NCBI RefSeq assembly: GCF_006345805.1 | Contig: NC_043010.1 | Span: forward strand, 13,516,001-13,580,000 | Source: Octopus sinensis | Lineage: Eukaryota | DNA length: 64,000 bases | Direction: 5' to 3' | In this document: positions 60,297 to 64,000 of the stretch, piece by piece | How positions within the stretch are numbered: the first letter of the stretch is position 1 | Layout: each line of letters starts with the position of its first letter | Position numbers and translations under genes: made by a program | The notes under the pieces: model-generated | Databases searched by the model: none | Told to the model about the DNA's origin: nothing | Seen by the model: the letters and a program-made list of their open reading frames with translations, nothing else

Positions 60297-63200
60297 TGGG
60301 GTGGTCATCGCTGGAATTCCTTCGATCTTAGGTCTATTTGATCAAGGGATGAACTGATGCTAAATAACTGACATCAGTGAGATTTTGGTTTCCTAAGGAT
60401 TCGATAGTTATTCACCTACGATATAGATGTAACTGACATATCTTTCTTTTCAAGTATTAAAGTTTATTATTACAGTTTAGACACCGTGATTACGGCGATA
60501 ATATTGCTTGTCTAAAAATTGAAAGGGAGAAACGGTCTATTAGGTGAAAATAAAATAAAAACTGCTTAAGTCATAAAAGAATAAATTAATTTAAAGCTTC
60601 ATTCTTTTATAATTAAGCTGTTCTTTCATCTCATCTAAATTACATATTATGCGATTTTTTAAAAATCAAATAACTGATAACTTATATTCAATTTATACGC
60701 AATACTGACAGAAAAATATGGTTTACTACAAAAGTTATGTTCTGAAGAATATAAAGAAATAGATGAGTTCGGAATGTTTTAATAGCGATAAATATTATCA
60801 TTTGTCCGCAAAGTGGGGGAAAAGCTGTGGCATTTAAGTGCGTATTTTATTTTTTAATTTGCTTCTTTTAAAAAATATATTTATAATACTTATATAATAA
60901 GTGATACAGCCATTTATTTTATCGCATCACGTATCACTTAAGAAAGCGACATTCGAAATTTTAAATTGAAACATCAGAAAAAAATAAAAAAGACAAGAAG
61001 CCAAAGTAATACATAAACAGGAAAAAAAAACAACTGGTCAGAAATTGCATAAGAATTAACATAAAAAATTTTTTTCGTAGAATTTGCGTATCAAAAATAT
61101 ATAAAAGTACGACATGGTGATCGATATCAAAACGGGCACCTGAAATATCTGTATCAATTAACAATAAATTGCATTTTATCTTAATAATATTTTAAATAAG
61201 ATGCTTAGTCGCGGCTACAAAATGTCGACAGGGGCTGATTTCCAGATATTTTTCTACTCACGCCTTTTTTATTTTATTTTTTATACACATCCAAGGAGCG
61301 TTACGAAATTTTTTTTCATCGTTAGCAAGTAGCAAGAACAATTAAGTCGGTGTGACCGGTGTAAAAGTCCAATTTCAGTAAATACCATTAGGTCTTCCTT
61401 AGAATTGGTTTCTAAGTAAAACAAGCTATCGTTGAGATCTTCTAATTGCTATTAAAAACGTCAGGATCTTTTTAGAAACGTTTGATGTTTGATAAAAAAA
61501 CATATTCGAGTATATTTTGGCAGATTTTCTACTGGAAACACAACCAATTCTATGGTGCTTTATAATTGTCTCCCTTCATCTCTATTTTTCTCAGTTGACA
61601 TGTATCCTCCCCTTTTCTTAACTTGTCTTTCTTCACCCCTCCTACTCCTATGACCGCTTGATCCTTAATTGAAGTTCCAACTTATAAGTAAGGTAAGTGC
61701 TGCAACAGATAAACTCTACAATACACACCTGTTGCTTAATTACATGAATCACTTTCAAAAATTAGTAAAATTTATTTATTTCTATTAGCAATTATTTTCT
61801 TTCTTTAATCAGCCTTTTATTATTATTATTATTATCATTATTATTATAAATCACACATGAAATGTTCTTTTCCTTCCGTCCCCATTTGATACTAGTTTCT
61901 AGTTTTACTTTGGCAACGATTAACGGTAATTATGTCATCGTCGAAAATGTGTCAGGCTGATCCGATCTGTGATGGCCTGTGACATGAATGCTTCCATCTC
62001 GCTCGCACCAATTCCAGACTCACTCTTACCACTTTGAGTAAGAACTATCAAATTCGCTGTCAAACAGGCAAATTGTGATTAAGTCGACCGAAATATAAAT
62101 AGTATTCATTTTTAAAAATTTAATCTAAGAAAATCTATTTGCTTTAAATATTTTTCTTTTTTTTTTTTATATTTTTAGAAAAAGAAAATATTTCCCCAGA
62201 AAAAATGTTAAAATTGTTTAAATTTAAAGTGAAGAATTAATATTTAAAAAGTTTCTCTTTACAATCACAAAAATGTGCTGGAATTAAATTGAAATTTTTT
62301 TAAATATTTAGCTTGACATCTTTTGATCTTTGATGCTTACTTTCCTTTTGCACAAAAGTAATACCTGTCTTGTATTAAAAGTTTTCTTTCTAAACCGGGA
62401 AATAAGAAATCAGCGATTGTCATGGTTATGAAAAAAAATGAAATAAAAAGTTTAAAATTTCTTTATTTTGTTTTTAATTTGCTTTCTGGTTATCCTTGAT
62501 TACAACTCTAACGAAGTAAACTTACTAACTACTTAAATAATATCAAATTTATTTGTAAATATTGTGACATTCGGATTTTACCTATTTCTTTCATAACACC
62601 CTTCTTTTAAATTAATTAAAATAATAAGCAGCACACACCTTCTATTTACCTGTATTCGTTAATTTGATCTTTTTCTAAATCACTTTTCATTATTTTGCTT
62701 ATAGATTATATTAACAAATCCAATATGCCTCTACGGGCCATATTCAAAAGCTGTCGTATTTTTGTGAGAAACCTGTGTAAGGTTTAATAATTTTATACTT
62801 CTCGATAAAATCTAGTTTAAAACTGTTGCGTATTATAACATGTTTTGGTTTACTGTCATATTACATAATAATACCAGTGTGGGATCCAAACCTCATTTGT
62901 CACATTACCTTCCACTGGTTGTTACATCAAAGCAGTACCTTGGTAGATATTTTGCGAAGTGACCATACACTTCTCTTCAATTACCCTCAGAAGTTAAAGA
63001 TTCTTTACTAGTAATAACTATTATCATTTTTTTTTGTGTAATACTACTTTTCATTAGGTATATCTATATTAGTCACCAACCACTTACGATCGGTTTAAAA
63101 TGATGCAGTGTTCAATTGACACCAAATATTAGTGTAACAACTTTCCCTACAAGTGATTAAAACCTGAAACGAAAACATTGAAGCAAGGCAGATAATTCCA

Positions 63201-63329
63201 ATATCAGCCAAGCGGAATGTTTTAGTAGTTAAAGATGAGGATATCAGAGTGGATCTTGTCTTTAAAGGTTATTAATCTCATTGTGAGATCGTACCGTATG
63301 TGTATATATATATTTTTTTAACGTAGAAC

Positions 63330-63670
63330 GCTCCACGGATATTTCCCTTCGGCCATATTGTTGAGGTTCTTAACCAGTATCGTTGTATGGGAGGTCACAG
63401 CTTCGGAACTACGGGCAGGTGATTAGAATGTCGCAGGAAACAGTCAGTCGCAATCGGGATTCTTCGAACCGAACCAGCCGGCTGGAGAGACCTACTGGTA
63501 GACCGACCAAGAATGAGATGGTTGGATAATATCCAAAGCTTTCAGTTGGTCGCGCTTGGAACTCCGGACGGAAAGAGGAATGACGGTTGCTTCTGATTAA
63601 GACCGTATGGAGGAGGTGATTGGAGTTCTCTATTCCACAAGCCTCCCAAGGATATCGGGCGTTGAAGATG
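63330..63670 (+). pseudogene. Degenerate RTE C-terminal fragment
   Basis: FGHIVEV (63346) and RPRMRWLDNI (63503) resemble RTE FGH...GRPRMRWLD. Confidence 0.45.
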
Positions 63671-64000
63671 TGTGTGTGTGTACTAATCATTTGTGCCAAC
63701 TGAGCACAAGATATTTCGCTGAGGTCTAATAAGATCGAAACATATCTGTTACTTTTTACCATTCAGCTTTAAAGACAAGATCCATTCTCATCTAATTTGT
63801 CATTGTTTTGGTTGATATTATTAAAGTTATCTCCCTTATATATGTGTGTGTGTGTGTGTAATATTTTAAACACTCTTAAGGTCAGTTTTTCCCTACCAAT
63901 TTCAGGGATAGTTTCAGTTCACCGGAATTTTCCAGTTCACTGTTACATAAGTGGGACCCTACCGTATCTCTAAAGTTACATTGCCCATAGAGCCAGGGTA

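Noticed and set aside
59850-63300. AT-rich terminal region as coding or regulatory
   Set aside because: Only short low-complexity ORFs and no supportable motifs.

Overview
Repeat-saturated, mostly non-coding eukaryotic DNA. It is most likely from an octopod cephalopod, inferred from the tRNA-derived SINE families, RTE-tail repeats and dense TA/TG/TACA microsatellites; this was not database-checked. No intact host protein-coding gene is recognisable, and most track ORFs are microsatellite read-throughs. Recognisable coding remnants are all from transposons: RTE reverse transcriptase, Penelope-like GIY-YIG endonuclease, Helitron PIF1 helicase (two copies), CR1 3' ends, Tx1/L1 C-termini, an R4/Dong-like RT plus CCHC/RLE, and two mariners. 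Four working SINE labels are used: A, B, and tRNA-head bodies C and D. The most notable observations are: (1) five minimal hammerhead-ribozyme motifs in Penelope-like termini, three of which share a non-canonical U at core position 6; (2) a tandem array of predicted H-type pseudoknot plus hairpin units in an RTE 3' UTR; (3) a SINE whose 3' tail matches a Tx1/L1 LINE tail in the same window and which inserted as a dimer inside one TSD; (4) a mariner fold-back element; (5) several inverted or tandem duplications. A few minus-strand splice-signal-bounded segments hint that the window may be intronic. Coordinates of degenerate elements are approximate and identities were judged by eye.
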